A stretch of 31,088 bases of DNA from a virus (lineage: Duplodnaviria; Caudoviricetes): positions 1 to 31,088 of the IMG/VR virus record IMGVR_UViG_3300042453_000649; one strand, written 5' to 3'. The translations under genes and the position numbers were made by a program. Shown piece by piece: positions 1 through 11,400 of the stretch; position 1 is the stretch's first letter, and each line of letters opens with the position of its first letter. The notes beneath the pieces were generated by a model that saw nothing but the letters and a program-made list of their open reading frames with translations, did no database searches and was not told the origin of the DNA.

Positions 1-951
1 GGTGGTCTTGGTGCAGAACAAGCATTGGCCCGTGCACAACAAACCGCACAACAAGCTGGACTATATGGTGGATTAGGCGCTGGATATGGTGGTCGTGGTG
101 TAGAAGCTGCAGAACAAGGCTTTGGTGCAGGTGAAGCATTTGCTCGTCAGGCTACTAGCCCAGAGGCTACAGCCGCATACATGTCGCCGTACATGCAGAA
201 TGTGGTCGACTACCAAAAGATGCAAGCTCTTCGTGATTTTGAAATTGCTAGACCTATGCGTGCAAAACAGGCGTTGGCTTCAGGCGCATTTGGTGGTAGC
301 CGTCAAGCAATTATGGAAGCAGAAGCTGAGCGTGCTTTGGGTTCACAACTACAAGGTATTGCAGCAACAGGTTCTCAGAAAGCATTTGAAGATGCCCAGC
401 GTCAACAACAGTTTGGCGCTCAATTAGGACTACAAGGTTTACAAGCTGGCTACGGCGGTCTTGGTTTAGGTATGCAAGGCGCTGGTCTTGGTTTGCAAGG
501 TGTTGGGGCGCAACAGGCTGCTGGTCAATTAGGTTTGGCTGGTACGGCTCAAGGTATCCAAGGTGCGCAGGCTGGTTTGCAAGGTGTTGGACAGGCAGTT
601 GGTGCAGGACAGTATGGGCTTGGTGGTCTAGGTGCTGCTACACAAGCCGCCGGTACATTAGGTCAGTTAGGTGGTGCTCAGTTTGGTGCCGAGCGCGACA
701 TTATTGGATTGCAGTCCCAGATGGGCGCGCAACAACAACAGCTTGAACAACAGAAGATTAATCAGGCTATTCAAGACTACGCTACCGCCCAGCAGTATCC
801 GTTTATGCAGTTGGGTATGCTCAATGCAATGCTACGTGGTCTGCCGCTACAACAAGCTACTACACAGCAATATCAGGCTCAGCCTGGATTTGGTCAACAA
901 GCTATGGGCTTGGGTCTTGGCGCACTAGGCGCTTATAAAGCGTTTGCTTAA
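1..951 (+). CDS. Gly/Gln/Ala-rich putative internal virion / DNA ejection protein (5'-partial)
   Basis: The frame is open from base 1, so the TTG at 25 is probably not the true start. It has heptad xGxxGxx repeats, a 'YMSPYMQNVVD...GAFGGSRQAI' segment typical of podovirus-like ejection/pilot proteins, and a hydrophobic Gly-rich C-terminus. It lies upstream of other virion-like genes. Confidence 0.65.
   Translation, partial: GGLGAEQALARAQQTAQQAGLYGGLGAGYGGRGVEAAEQGFGAGEAFARQATSPEATAAYMSPYMQNVVDYQKMQALRDFEIARPMRAKQALASGAFGGSRQAIMEAEAERALGSQLQGIAATGSQKAFEDAQRQQQFGAQLGLQGLQAGYGGLGLGMQGAGLGLQGVGAQQAAGQLGLAGTAQGIQGAQAGLQGVGQAVGAGQYGLGGLGAATQAAGTLGQLGGAQFGAERDIIGLQSQMGAQQQQLEQQKINQAIQDYATAQQYPFMQLGMLNAMLRGLPLQQATTQQYQAQPGFGQQAMGLGLGALGAYKAFA
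490..590 (+). repeat. 17-bp direct repeat GGTTTGCAAGGTGTTGG (490-506, 574-590) inside a heptad Gly repeat region
   Basis: The two exact copies are 84 bp (4 heptads) apart, and both encode GLQGVG. Confidence 0.8.
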
Positions 952-960
952 GGATACGAT

Positions 961-2472
961 ATGAACCAAGGAATGCCACAACTAGGTAAAGGTCAGCAAA
1001 TGGCTGGCATGGCTTTTGGACAACCTATGGGACAGCCACGAGGTAAATCGCCCGATACCATGAATGAGATTATGGCGCTGGCTCGTAAGATGAGCGATGC
1101 ACAGTTGGCTGATGTGCTTAATGGTAGAAGTATGGATATTCCACAGTACGCGGCTATGGCGGAAGCTATGGGGCGTAAGAGTTTACGTACTGCCGTTATG
1201 GGAGCTCAAGCTTCAGCGCAAGCAAGACAGCCTAGCGTAAAAGATAGATTGATGGCACAAACAATGCCTGCGGCTGGATTAGATCAGTTGCCTGCCCCTA
1301 ATATGGGTATGGTTGATATGGCTGATGGCGGTATCGTGGCGTTTAGTGGCAAAGAAAATGAGCAGTTGGTTGAAAGTAATCCAGAGCTTGAGAGAATCCA
1401 AAAGCGTGCGCAGGTGTTGGGTATGCCCAATATTTTTACCCCAAACATTGGCCCATACGACGCTTATCAAAAACTAATTGGAGAACCGTTTTCACGTTTC
1501 TTTAGCATGTCGCCAAGAGAGCAAGCCGTTGCTTTTCAAAAAGGCAAAGAAGCCCGTACTGGTGAGCGCGACACCTTTACAAGTACACCGGCTGATATAT
1601 CTAAAGATACAAAGGCTATGGCGTCTGCTAGACAAAAAGACGTTGCCGAAGCCAAAGACGCGCAGACAAAACGTGATATGAAGGCTGCTGGCGTAACGCC
1701 AATGGATATAGAGCAGGCCGAAATTGGTTTGGCAATGCAACAAATGCTAAATCAGAAAGATCAAAAGGGTGATACTAGAGCCGCTGAACGTAGACAAGAA
1801 CTTGCTGGCGGTGCCGGAACTAGAACTGGTGCCCCCGGTTTAAGCCCTGAGAAGCGCACTAACCCGTTTGGGCAATTAAGCGCGGAAGCACCTGATTATG
1901 AAAAGATTAAGCGTCAAGGGCTTGGAGAAGGTTTAATGGCGCTGTCTGGTGCTTTCTTTGCTAAACCAACTTTAGGACAGGCGTTAAGTCAAGGATTGCC
2001 GACTCTTGCCGCTATATCTGGTGCAACCCGTAAAGAAACCAGAGAAGCCGAAAAAGACTTTAAAGCATACAAACTTAACATTGCTAAAGCTAATGAACTG
2101 TTTGAGCAAGGGCAAGAAGACAAAGCCTTTAAATACTTTAAGCAAGCTCAAGACCATTTGTATCAGATGGAGAATGTGGCTGCGCAGAAGATGGCAGCTA
2201 ACAGGCCATCAGGCGAACTTCAAGTTTTAAAAGCGCTTCAAAAACCAGGTGAAGACATAAACGATACATATGCACGAGTTTTCACAATGAAGCAAGATCC
2301 AAAGCAAGATCAAGCTTTGATGGCTAGGTATTCACAAGATCCGTTACGGTTTACTATGACTTACGATGAGTGGATAGCTAAAAACTTCCCTAATTATAAG
2401 AGCTCGCAAGTTGCAGGCGCAGGACAACCGGCGTATAGTGCTGTATATGACGCTAGCGGTAAGCGTATTTAG
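961..2472 (+). CDS. Putative internal virion protein (503 aa)
   Basis: The SD TAAGGA overlaps the previous stop. The protein is helical and Ala/Gln/Met-rich, with an 'MADGGIVAF' motif and one hydrophobic segment (GLGEGLMALSGAFFA...). It sits between the ejection-like gene and the giant virion gene. Confidence 0.6.
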   Translation: MNQGMPQLGKGQQMAGMAFGQPMGQPRGKSPDTMNEIMALARKMSDAQLADVLNGRSMDIPQYAAMAEAMGRKSLRTAVMGAQASAQARQPSVKDRLMAQTMPAAGLDQLPAPNMGMVDMADGGIVAFSGKENEQLVESNPELERIQKRAQVLGMPNIFTPNIGPYDAYQKLIGEPFSRFFSMSPREQAVAFQKGKEARTGERDTFTSTPADISKDTKAMASARQKDVAEAKDAQTKRDMKAAGVTPMDIEQAEIGLAMQQMLNQKDQKGDTRAAERRQELAGGAGTRTGAPGLSPEKRTNPFGQLSAEAPDYEKIKRQGLGEGLMALSGAFFAKPTLGQALSQGLPTLAAISGATRKETREAEKDFKAYKLNIAKANELFEQGQEDKAFKYFKQAQDHLYQMENVAAQKMAANRPSGELQVLKALQKPGEDINDTYARVFTMKQDPKQDQALMARYSQDPLRFTMTYDEWIAKNFPNYKSSQVAGAGQPAYSAVYDASGKRI

Positions 2473-2495
2473 TAATTAAAAGTTGAGGATTTTTT

Positions 2496-5400
2496 ATGAC
2501 CTATGGGGTTAAGCTGCCTGACGGAAGAATTATAGGCTTTGATGAAGCCGTTCCAGTAGAGCAAGCTCAGCTTATAGTTCGTAGAGATTTTCCTGAAGCA
2601 TTCAAGAAAAAAGAAGGTTTAGGCGCTGAGTTTTCTGAAGGTCTTGCTAGTTTAGTAGGCAGCACTAAAGCTGCTCTTACCGCACCATTTGCCCCCAAAG
2701 AAGCTGCAAGACAAGCATTGCTTGAAGAGCAGGCACGCGGGGCAGAGTTTGAGTCTGGCGTAGGACTAGACAAACTTAAAAAAGCATATCAAGAAAGAGG
2801 GCTCTTAGGCGGGGCTGGTGAACTTGCTCGTCAAGCACCTTTGGCTGTTTCTGGAATGGCACCGCAGATTGCGGCTTCTCTTGGTTCGGCTGCTACTGGT
2901 GCACGTATTGGTTCTGTTGCGGGTTTACCCGGCATTATTGGCGGTGCGTTGGGAGGCTTTGGTGCTTCTTTACTGCCCATATCAGGGCAAAATATTATTC
3001 GACAGGCGCAAGAACAAGAAGCCGCTGGTAAAGAAATTGATCCTAGTTTAGCTAGGGCGTATGGCGCAGCCGCACCTGCTGCCGCACTTGAGGTTGGTTC
3101 TCTTGGCTTTACTTTAGGTAAACGGCTTGTTGGTAAAGTTCTTGGGCAGAGCGAAAAAGAACTTGCTGAAGGACTCGCTAAAAATGCAGCTAAGTATGAG
3201 GCAGACCTTGTTAAGAATGCACAGGCTAGTTTGGCGCCAACACTTGGAAGAGGTGCGGCTCGTGGTTTAGTTGAAATACCTACTGAAGTTGCACAACAGA
3301 TTCTGGAACGTTCACAGGCAGGGCTTGATTTGTTTAGCCCAGACGCTTTAAAAGAATATGGCGAAGCGGCATATCAGGCTGGGTTGGTTGGTCCTAGCGT
3401 CGGTGCTCTTGCTTCACCAGTAAGCCGTGCGCAAGCTAGATCAGAACTTGCAGATATTACAGAAAAACGTAGAGCAGAACAGTTTGCTGCTCAAACTGCT
3501 GAGGAAGAAGCGTACAAAGCTACGCCTGAATACGTAAACGAGCTAGTGTCAAAGCGTGATAGACTACAAGAAGAGATGACCGTACTTGACGGCATTCTTA
3601 AGATTAAATCACAGACTGACGAAGAAAAACAGTTAAAGCGCGAAGCTGCTGCTGAAAGAAAAAACTTACGTCTTGAGCTTGACCAGATTACAGAAAGCCT
3701 GCGTGAGATTGCACCTGATACACCAGGGCTACCCCCAACTTTAGCGCAACGCAAAGAGCAAGAGAGAATTCAAAAGCAGACTAAAGAAATTGCTGCTACT
3801 GCGGACTTAGTTACTGACGAGTTTGGTAATGTCATACCGGGGCTTACTAAATCAGGTGCCGTTGCCGGTAGAGAGTTAACGCTAAAAGAAAAAGCAGACG
3901 CCGATCGTGCAATGCTTGACCTGCAAAAGTTAAAAGAAAAAGAAGCTAGAGAAAAACTTACAGCACAAGAAGAAGCCCGTAAAGCATTTTTACAGCAACA
4001 GATTGATGAGATTCGTAGCGCTTCTGATTTTGCCCGTGATTACGTTGATGCAAGACTGGCAACGCGTAAAGGCTATACAGTTACTAGCGAAACTACTGGA
4101 CGTTACGATCCAAAAGAAGGTATACCGCTTGATGTTTCTGAACCTGGACTTATTCGTCAAAAAGGGCTTGAGCAACTATTAAATAAGTCCGGCAAACAAG
4201 TTACATCAAACGAGCGTAAAAAACTAGAAGCAAATATCGATGCTGGAATATTAACCAAAGATGTAAAAAATCTTTTAGGCTTAGGCGCTGAAAAAGAATT
4301 AGGTCAAAAATCACAGCAGTTAATTGAAACTGCTGACATGACGCCTGAGCAACGTGATGAAGTGCTTGAAAACGCTAGACTGGCATATCCCATTTTGCAA
4401 GAAAGACTAAAAGCATACAAAGCTTCACGCATGGAGCTTTTAGATAAAAAGTTTTTTGACGACGCCGGAAAACCCACAAAGTTTTACAATCAAGCAATTG
4501 CTAATGAAGCTGCATACGTCGAACTTGAGCGTTTAGCAAATGCGGCTAAACGTACTCTTGAGCTAAATAAAGACAAAGAAACTGTTAATCTTGCTTTAAT
4601 AGAAGCAAAACGTAAGCTACCGCAGTCTGTTGATTTAGTTGCACCTAATTTAAGCCAGCTTGAGTATCAAAAAGAAACACGTCGTCAAATAGACAAACAG
4701 CAAGAGCTTTTTGATGATATCCGGCTTACGCTTGATGATGTTGCTGAAAATTCTTTTTTAGGTAAAGGATACGAAGGCGCTGCAACAACCAAAGAGTTAG
4801 CTATACAAAAACTTGATGAATTAAAGCAAGACTATATTAATAGTGCCTTAATTCAAGCAGATGCGTATCGTAAATCTAATGGCTTAGACCCTTTAACTGA
4901 AGGCGAAGCTAAATCAATAGCTGAGCAACTTGATGCAGTTTTAACAGACGCTATTGCTCGTGGGCAACTAAAAGAAAACGAATTTGCCCAAGTTCAATCT
5001 GGTAAAGCTAAACCTATTTATGAAGAAGTTACTATTCCAGCGCAAATGCGTGCTGGCAAAATTGCAAGACCTGCCTATACAACCCGTAAGATAGTTGGGT
5101 ATGAAAATTTAGACACAACACAAGAAGCGCCTGAAGGAACACAACCGTATTTAAGTCGTGAATACGCTTTGGGCAGTGTTGGGTTTGACTATGGTCCAAG
5201 ACTGCCTGCTAATTTAGTTAAAGATTTACGTGCATTTGGTATTGGTGCAAGAGCTACGGGGCAACCATCTGAGCGCATGACAGGGTTTGAAAAATCAAAA
5301 GCACCTCAACTGGTAGAGCATCGTGGTTACGTGCAAGATAAATTAGCGCAAATAAAGTACAGCTTGATGCGCGGTAAGTTTAAAGAGAAAAAGCCTGGCG

Positions 5401-8400
5401 AAACAGGTGGCCCTTTAAAAAGAATTCCAAAAGAACGTGACCTTTTAACTTTACAAAAAACTGAAAAACAACCTAAAGAAACAGATCAAAAGCGCATTGA
5501 TCGTTTGTTGGATAACGCTCTTAATGTTGGTAGCCGTTTACAAAATCAACTTGGTTTGCCAAAAAATGCTTTTGATGTAGGCAGAACTTTAATACGGGCA
5601 TCTACTTTTGTTAAAGGCAAAATTGAACAAGATAAACGAGACGATGTTGACAACAAACAAATTGACAACGTACTTGATTTAGTAGACGAACAGTTACATA
5701 GGCTTACGCTTGGGCAAGACGTAAACAAAAAATATGCAGGTGATGTAGCTAAAGACATTAACAAGTTGCTAGACAGTTACGCTGATGTTGAAGAAGGCGC
5801 TCAGTTAGAGTTATTTACCCAAAGCAAAAGAGCAGCTAATCGTCAACTTAAAGACATTAACGAACAAATTGAAGAGCTTGGGCGAGTAAAAGATCTTAAA
5901 GATATTGGTTCTTTAGCAGAACTTAATAAACGCTTAAAAGAAACCGAAGAATGGCTTACTCAGTTTGCTAAACCTAGTGGCATGGGGCGTGCAACGCTTG
6001 CTTCGGCGCTTCGTCGTCCGGCATCTCAATATGCCAAAGACCCTTATTTTTACTATGCTCCTGATGGCACTATAGCAGAGCAAGTTAAAACGCTACAACA
6101 AGCTGCACAGAACGCTAAAGAAGAAAACGAACTTACAGATACATTTGCTGGCTATGTACGTTTACTTAATGAAATAGCTAGTGAGCTTAGTCAGTTAAAT
6201 GCAGACTATAGATTTGCAAATATTCCTGGATTTATTCGAGGTACAAGCGTTCGTACAGAAGAACAACAGCAGCGTAAACAACAGTATTTTGATATTCGTA
6301 AAAAATTTATAGACCGCATAAAAGATATTGAAAACATAATAGGCGTAAAAGTATACGTAAAAGAAGATAAAGCGTACGTTAGCCGTAAAGATAAAAAGCT
6401 AAAACCAAAAAGCGTTTACGAAACATTACTTACTAACGCTTCGTCTGAGCTAGAAGAAGTATTAATGGCTCGTTATGCGCACCATAAAGCGGTTTTAGAG
6501 TCTATTAAAACTGCTCCTGAACGGCATTTGCATGCGTTAAAAATGCGCACTGCGGCTCAAGCTAAAATGGAAGAGTACGATGCCAAGTTAAAAGTTTTAC
6601 AAGCTAAAGAATTTAACGAGCTGCCCGCTACTAAAAAAGAACGTGAAGACACACTCGAAGCTAAAAAAGCGGCAACGCAACTTTTTAGCTATTCAGACGA
6701 AACTATTAAGAGTATTGAATCTGCTTTAGATTTAGACAAAGTACGCGCTGCTGTAAACGCTGATGAAACTGTTGTAGAAGCTAGAAAAAAACTTAATGAT
6801 TTACTTAAACAGTTTAAGCAACCTACAAAAGAACAAAAGCAAAGTATTTCTGCAGAAGGTAAAAATTTTAGAGATGAGCGTGCGCTACTTGATAAAACTA
6901 TTGCGGAACGTGTTAAAGCGGCCGCGCAAGCTAATGCACAAATAGTAAGCCAAACTAAACAGTATCGTGTTGTGTACAACGGAATTACATACACAGTTAA
7001 ATCTAGTACAAAAGTTAACGCTAAAACTTTAGAAACGTTACAAAAACAACGTGCTGCTGGCGCTGCTTTTGCGGCAGATCAAATGCAGATTACTTTGCTT
7101 GAAGACAAGATTGCGCGTCTTGAAGCACAAAAACTAGCAAGCGAAACGGGAGTAATACCTAAAACCGCTAAAAAAGTTAAAGAACTAACGCCTTTTGTTG
7201 ATCTTGCAACTATTATTAAAGAGCTTGGGCCAAAAGAAAAAGCACCAGCAATTGAAATAGCTGTTAGTAAAAACGGTACACCAAAAAAATTAGGTGCGCA
7301 ACAAGAAAAAGCGTTAACTAAAGCTTATGAAGATTTACAAAAAACAAAAGACAAAATGAAATTAGCTGTTTCTGCTGTGCAGAAATTAGCAATTACCCCA
7401 ACCGAAACCAAATTAAAGTCTGAAGCAGAGCAGGCTGCGGATAAAACGCAAGCTATGATGATCATGTCGCAGACGCTTAATGCTAAGAAAAACGAATATC
7501 AAGATCAAATTTACGAGCAAAACAAACTTAAAGCGCCTAAAGAGCTTATTGATGAGCTAGAAAAGAAGAAAGAAGTTATTAAGCAAATGATAGGGCGTTT
7601 GAATGCCCGTGGCGAAAGAGCTTTGCGTGATATTAATCTTGAGTCTATTGAAAACGCAGTTGATTTTGTGCTTAGCTACAAAGCTCGTAAAGAAATCAAA
7701 GAAAGCACATCTGAAAACAGAATGTCTTTGCAAGAGCTAGAAGACACTATAAAAGACTTTAATGCGCAAGCTGTAGTTGCCGCTAAACTTGGAAACACAA
7801 CAAATGCAAACGCTGCGCGTGAAGCAGCTAGAGAACTACAAGTTTTACTTAATGCAGAAAAAGATCTTTTACGTATTGGTAATAATCCTGAAAAAGCTGT
7901 ACATAAGCATGCGCTTCGTACAGGAACCAATAGTTTTGCTCGTGCTGCTGAAACTGTGGCTAAGAAAAAGGCCAAAGAACTTGGGTTACAAGGTGAAGCT
8001 TTTGATAAATACGTTGCTCTTAACAAAACAACGCTATACAACAAAGCGTTAGACGAATTTTATTCTCAAGGACAAGTTGAAGCTGAATTTGACGATAAAG
8101 AAACAATTAACAGAACAATGTTCCGTGACAAACCCGGCAAATCGGGCGGCATTGATATGTTTGTTGCAGACTCGTTTATTAATGACTTAATTAAAAAGCA
8201 AGGGTTTGACCCAACAAGGCGTGCTGTAACCACTGCTTTAGGCGCGTTTAGTCTGCCAATAAAAATACCTAAATTAGCCGATGTTAATGCTGACTTTAGA
8301 AAAATGATTGTTCAAAATGCTTTGAGTGGCTTATCTCTTGGCATTGACGATACTTCTGATTTTAGTGATAACTTTTATAAAAAATACGGTACCCATTGGC

Positions 8401-11400
8401 CTGATGCTATGGGCGATCTTGAGCATAGTGCGGACAAAGTTACAGGTGGGGTGCTTACGTTATTTGAAAATACGTACAAAGCTATTTACAACAAAGACAA
8501 ATTTGAAAAAGGCGTAGATAAAGCATCTGTTTTTGATGAAACTTTTAACAACGAAATATTTGAAGCATTAAGAAAACTTTACAACAAAGACAAATCAATA
8601 ATTCATGAAAACTTTGTAGAGTACGCTAAAAAAGAAAATTACGAAGATTTTAAAGAATATATTGAATACATGATGGCTACTGACAGAGGCCAAATAGGTA
8701 ATGAATGGCACAAAGCACATTCTGCTTTATATATAGACGATTCTGTTGAATATAGTGCAACTGTTGCTCAAGCGTACAAAAAAGCACTTCAAGCAGTTGG
8801 TTTAAATACACAACAAGCTGAAAAAACTATTGAAGAAACAAGTAGTAAAAAAGTAACGTTAGCTACAGGCGTTAACTTTATATACGCTAAAAACATTTCT
8901 GATGCACCGCAACAATTTATAAACGATGCGGTTGCCGCTGGCAAAGACTTGACTAAAGTTCGTGGTGGCGTAATGCCTGATGGCACAGTAGTAGTTATTG
9001 GTGACGCGCACACGGACCTAAATGACCTGCAAGAAACCATTGAGCACGAGCTTATTGGACACTACGCAGTAGATACTTTACTTGGCCCGGCGGGCATGAA
9101 GGCGCTTGTTAAAAAAGTGTTTGCCGATGGAGAAGAAGGCGTACTTAAATTAGCTACTGAACTAGGTGTATATGATGATGTAACTGAAGCTTTTGCCGCA
9201 GCTAAAGGCACTAACATGTCTGAAGAAGCAATGCGCATGCTTGTTACTCGTGAAATGGTAGCACACACCGCAGAACGTCCGTTACCTAGCAAAGCAAGCT
9301 CAGCTTTAAAAGACTTTATTAAGATGATTGTTAACGCCGTGCGCAAGTTCTTTACGGGCGCTGGCTTTGACAACATGCCTAGCAAAACAACGCAGGAAAT
9401 ATTTAATTTAATCCGCGAAGCTAAAAAGCAATATGAGGGTGGCAGGCTCGGAGCATACAGAACTCCTGACGGCAAAACAGCTTTCTTGGCCCCTACAAGT
9501 TACAGCCGTGAAGTAGAACAGAAGTCGATTGATGTTATTAACAAACTGTTTGCGCAGAAAAAATCAGTTAAAGATGGCATTTTTGCAAACGTGCTTGGCT
9601 TGCCTGGTTACACACAGTTTATTGACCGCTTAGCGCCTGCCACAAAGATTATAGAAAAAGCCGAGAGCGCAGGCATGATTGACTCTGTGTCAGCTTTGCA
9701 AACTACTATGTACTTACGTCAAACAGATCAGCGTTTAAATTTGACGGCTCAATCTGCTACTGATGGCGTACCACAGCTAACTAAGAATGCCGCTGGTGAA
9801 ATGGAAGTGCTTGGTAAAAAAGATGGCGCTAACTTAATTAAGGTTGGCAATATATTGCAACGAGCAAAAATGCTTGGTAATGCGCAGGCCATTAATAATT
9901 TGTTTGGTTTGTATTTAGTAGCTATACGTGCTAAGCGTGTTGGGTTAAAAACGCTAGCTTCAGACTTACGGATAACAGAAAAAGAATTAAAAGACGTTGT
10001 TGCTAATATTGAACAAGCCGGCGCTAAACCTATATTTGAAGAAGCGGCTAAAGTTTATGCTGAGTACAACAAAGATTTAATTAATTTTGCAGTTCAGACA
10101 GGCGCTATTTCTAAAGAAGAAGGTGCTCGATTAACTAAATACAACGATTACGTGCCTTTTTACAGGGTGCGTGACGGTATTGCGCAACTAGTTATCTCAG
10201 GCGAGCAAGTTATAAATGTAGGGCGTTTAACAGATCAGCCTTACCTAGATGAGTTGGTTGGCGGCAAAGAGATGTTGGTCAACTTTGAAGAAAGCGCGTT
10301 TCAAAATACAGCTGTATTGGTTGATTTAGCTTTACGTAACTTAGCCACAGGTCAATTAGCCCAACAACTTGAGAAGATTGGCACAGGGCAGACTAAAATT
10401 GCCACACGTGTTAGCCCCAAGCTAACTGGCACAGACATTATTAGGGCAAAAATAGACGGTGTGGATGCGGCTTGGCGCTTGAATACCAAAGATACACCTT
10501 TTGAAGATATACCTGCTGACCTGTTAATTAAAGGGCTTGACGGTATTAAGCTGCAGATACCTGTGGCAGTTAAGATTTTAGGTTTGCCAAGCCGTTGGCT
10601 GCGCACCATGATTACTAGAGATCCTGCGTATTCTGTGCGGCAGATCATTAAAGACTCTACGGCAATGTGGCTTTACTCAGGCGCAAATGCTAAGCCTGTA
10701 ATTGACGCTACCAAAGAACTTGGCAGCATGTGGGCTAACAAGAACCAGACTGAGAAAGAACTACAACGAGCTGGTTTAGTGGGCGGTCAACTGTTTACCG
10801 GTATGCCAGAGGACATGAGCAGAATCATGTTGCAGATTACCAGTGGTAAAACGGGTTGGCAAATGTTGCTAGCTAAATTAGATCGGGCCGCTATGAAGGG
10901 TGATGCGGCTACCCGTGTAGCTATGTACAACGCATACCTAAAACAAGGCATGACGCCTATGCGGGCTAAGCTAGCTGTTTTAGAGTCGCTAAACGTAAAT
11001 AAGCGTGGTTTATCGCCAAGCGTGTATTGGATGTCTACTTTGGTACCGTTCATGAACACACAGGTTCAAGGTTTGACTATGTTTGCCAAGTCGTTTAAGG
11101 GAACTAGCAACCTAGGCGGACAAAAAGATTTGCGTATGAAGATGTTTAAGCGCGGTACGTACTTGGCGTTGTTTACCATGATGTACGCTGCAGCTATGCA
11201 AGACGACGAGGCATATAAAAATGCTGATCCGTTTGTTAAGTACAACAGTTGGTTTATCAGGGTGCCGTTCCTTGACGAACCGATCAGAGTCCCAACACCG
11301 TTTGAATTTGGATACGTGTTTAAGGGTTTACCCGAAGCAGTATTTAACATGATGTTTAATGACGAAGAAGCTAAGAACGTACTTAAGTTCTTCAAGCAAG

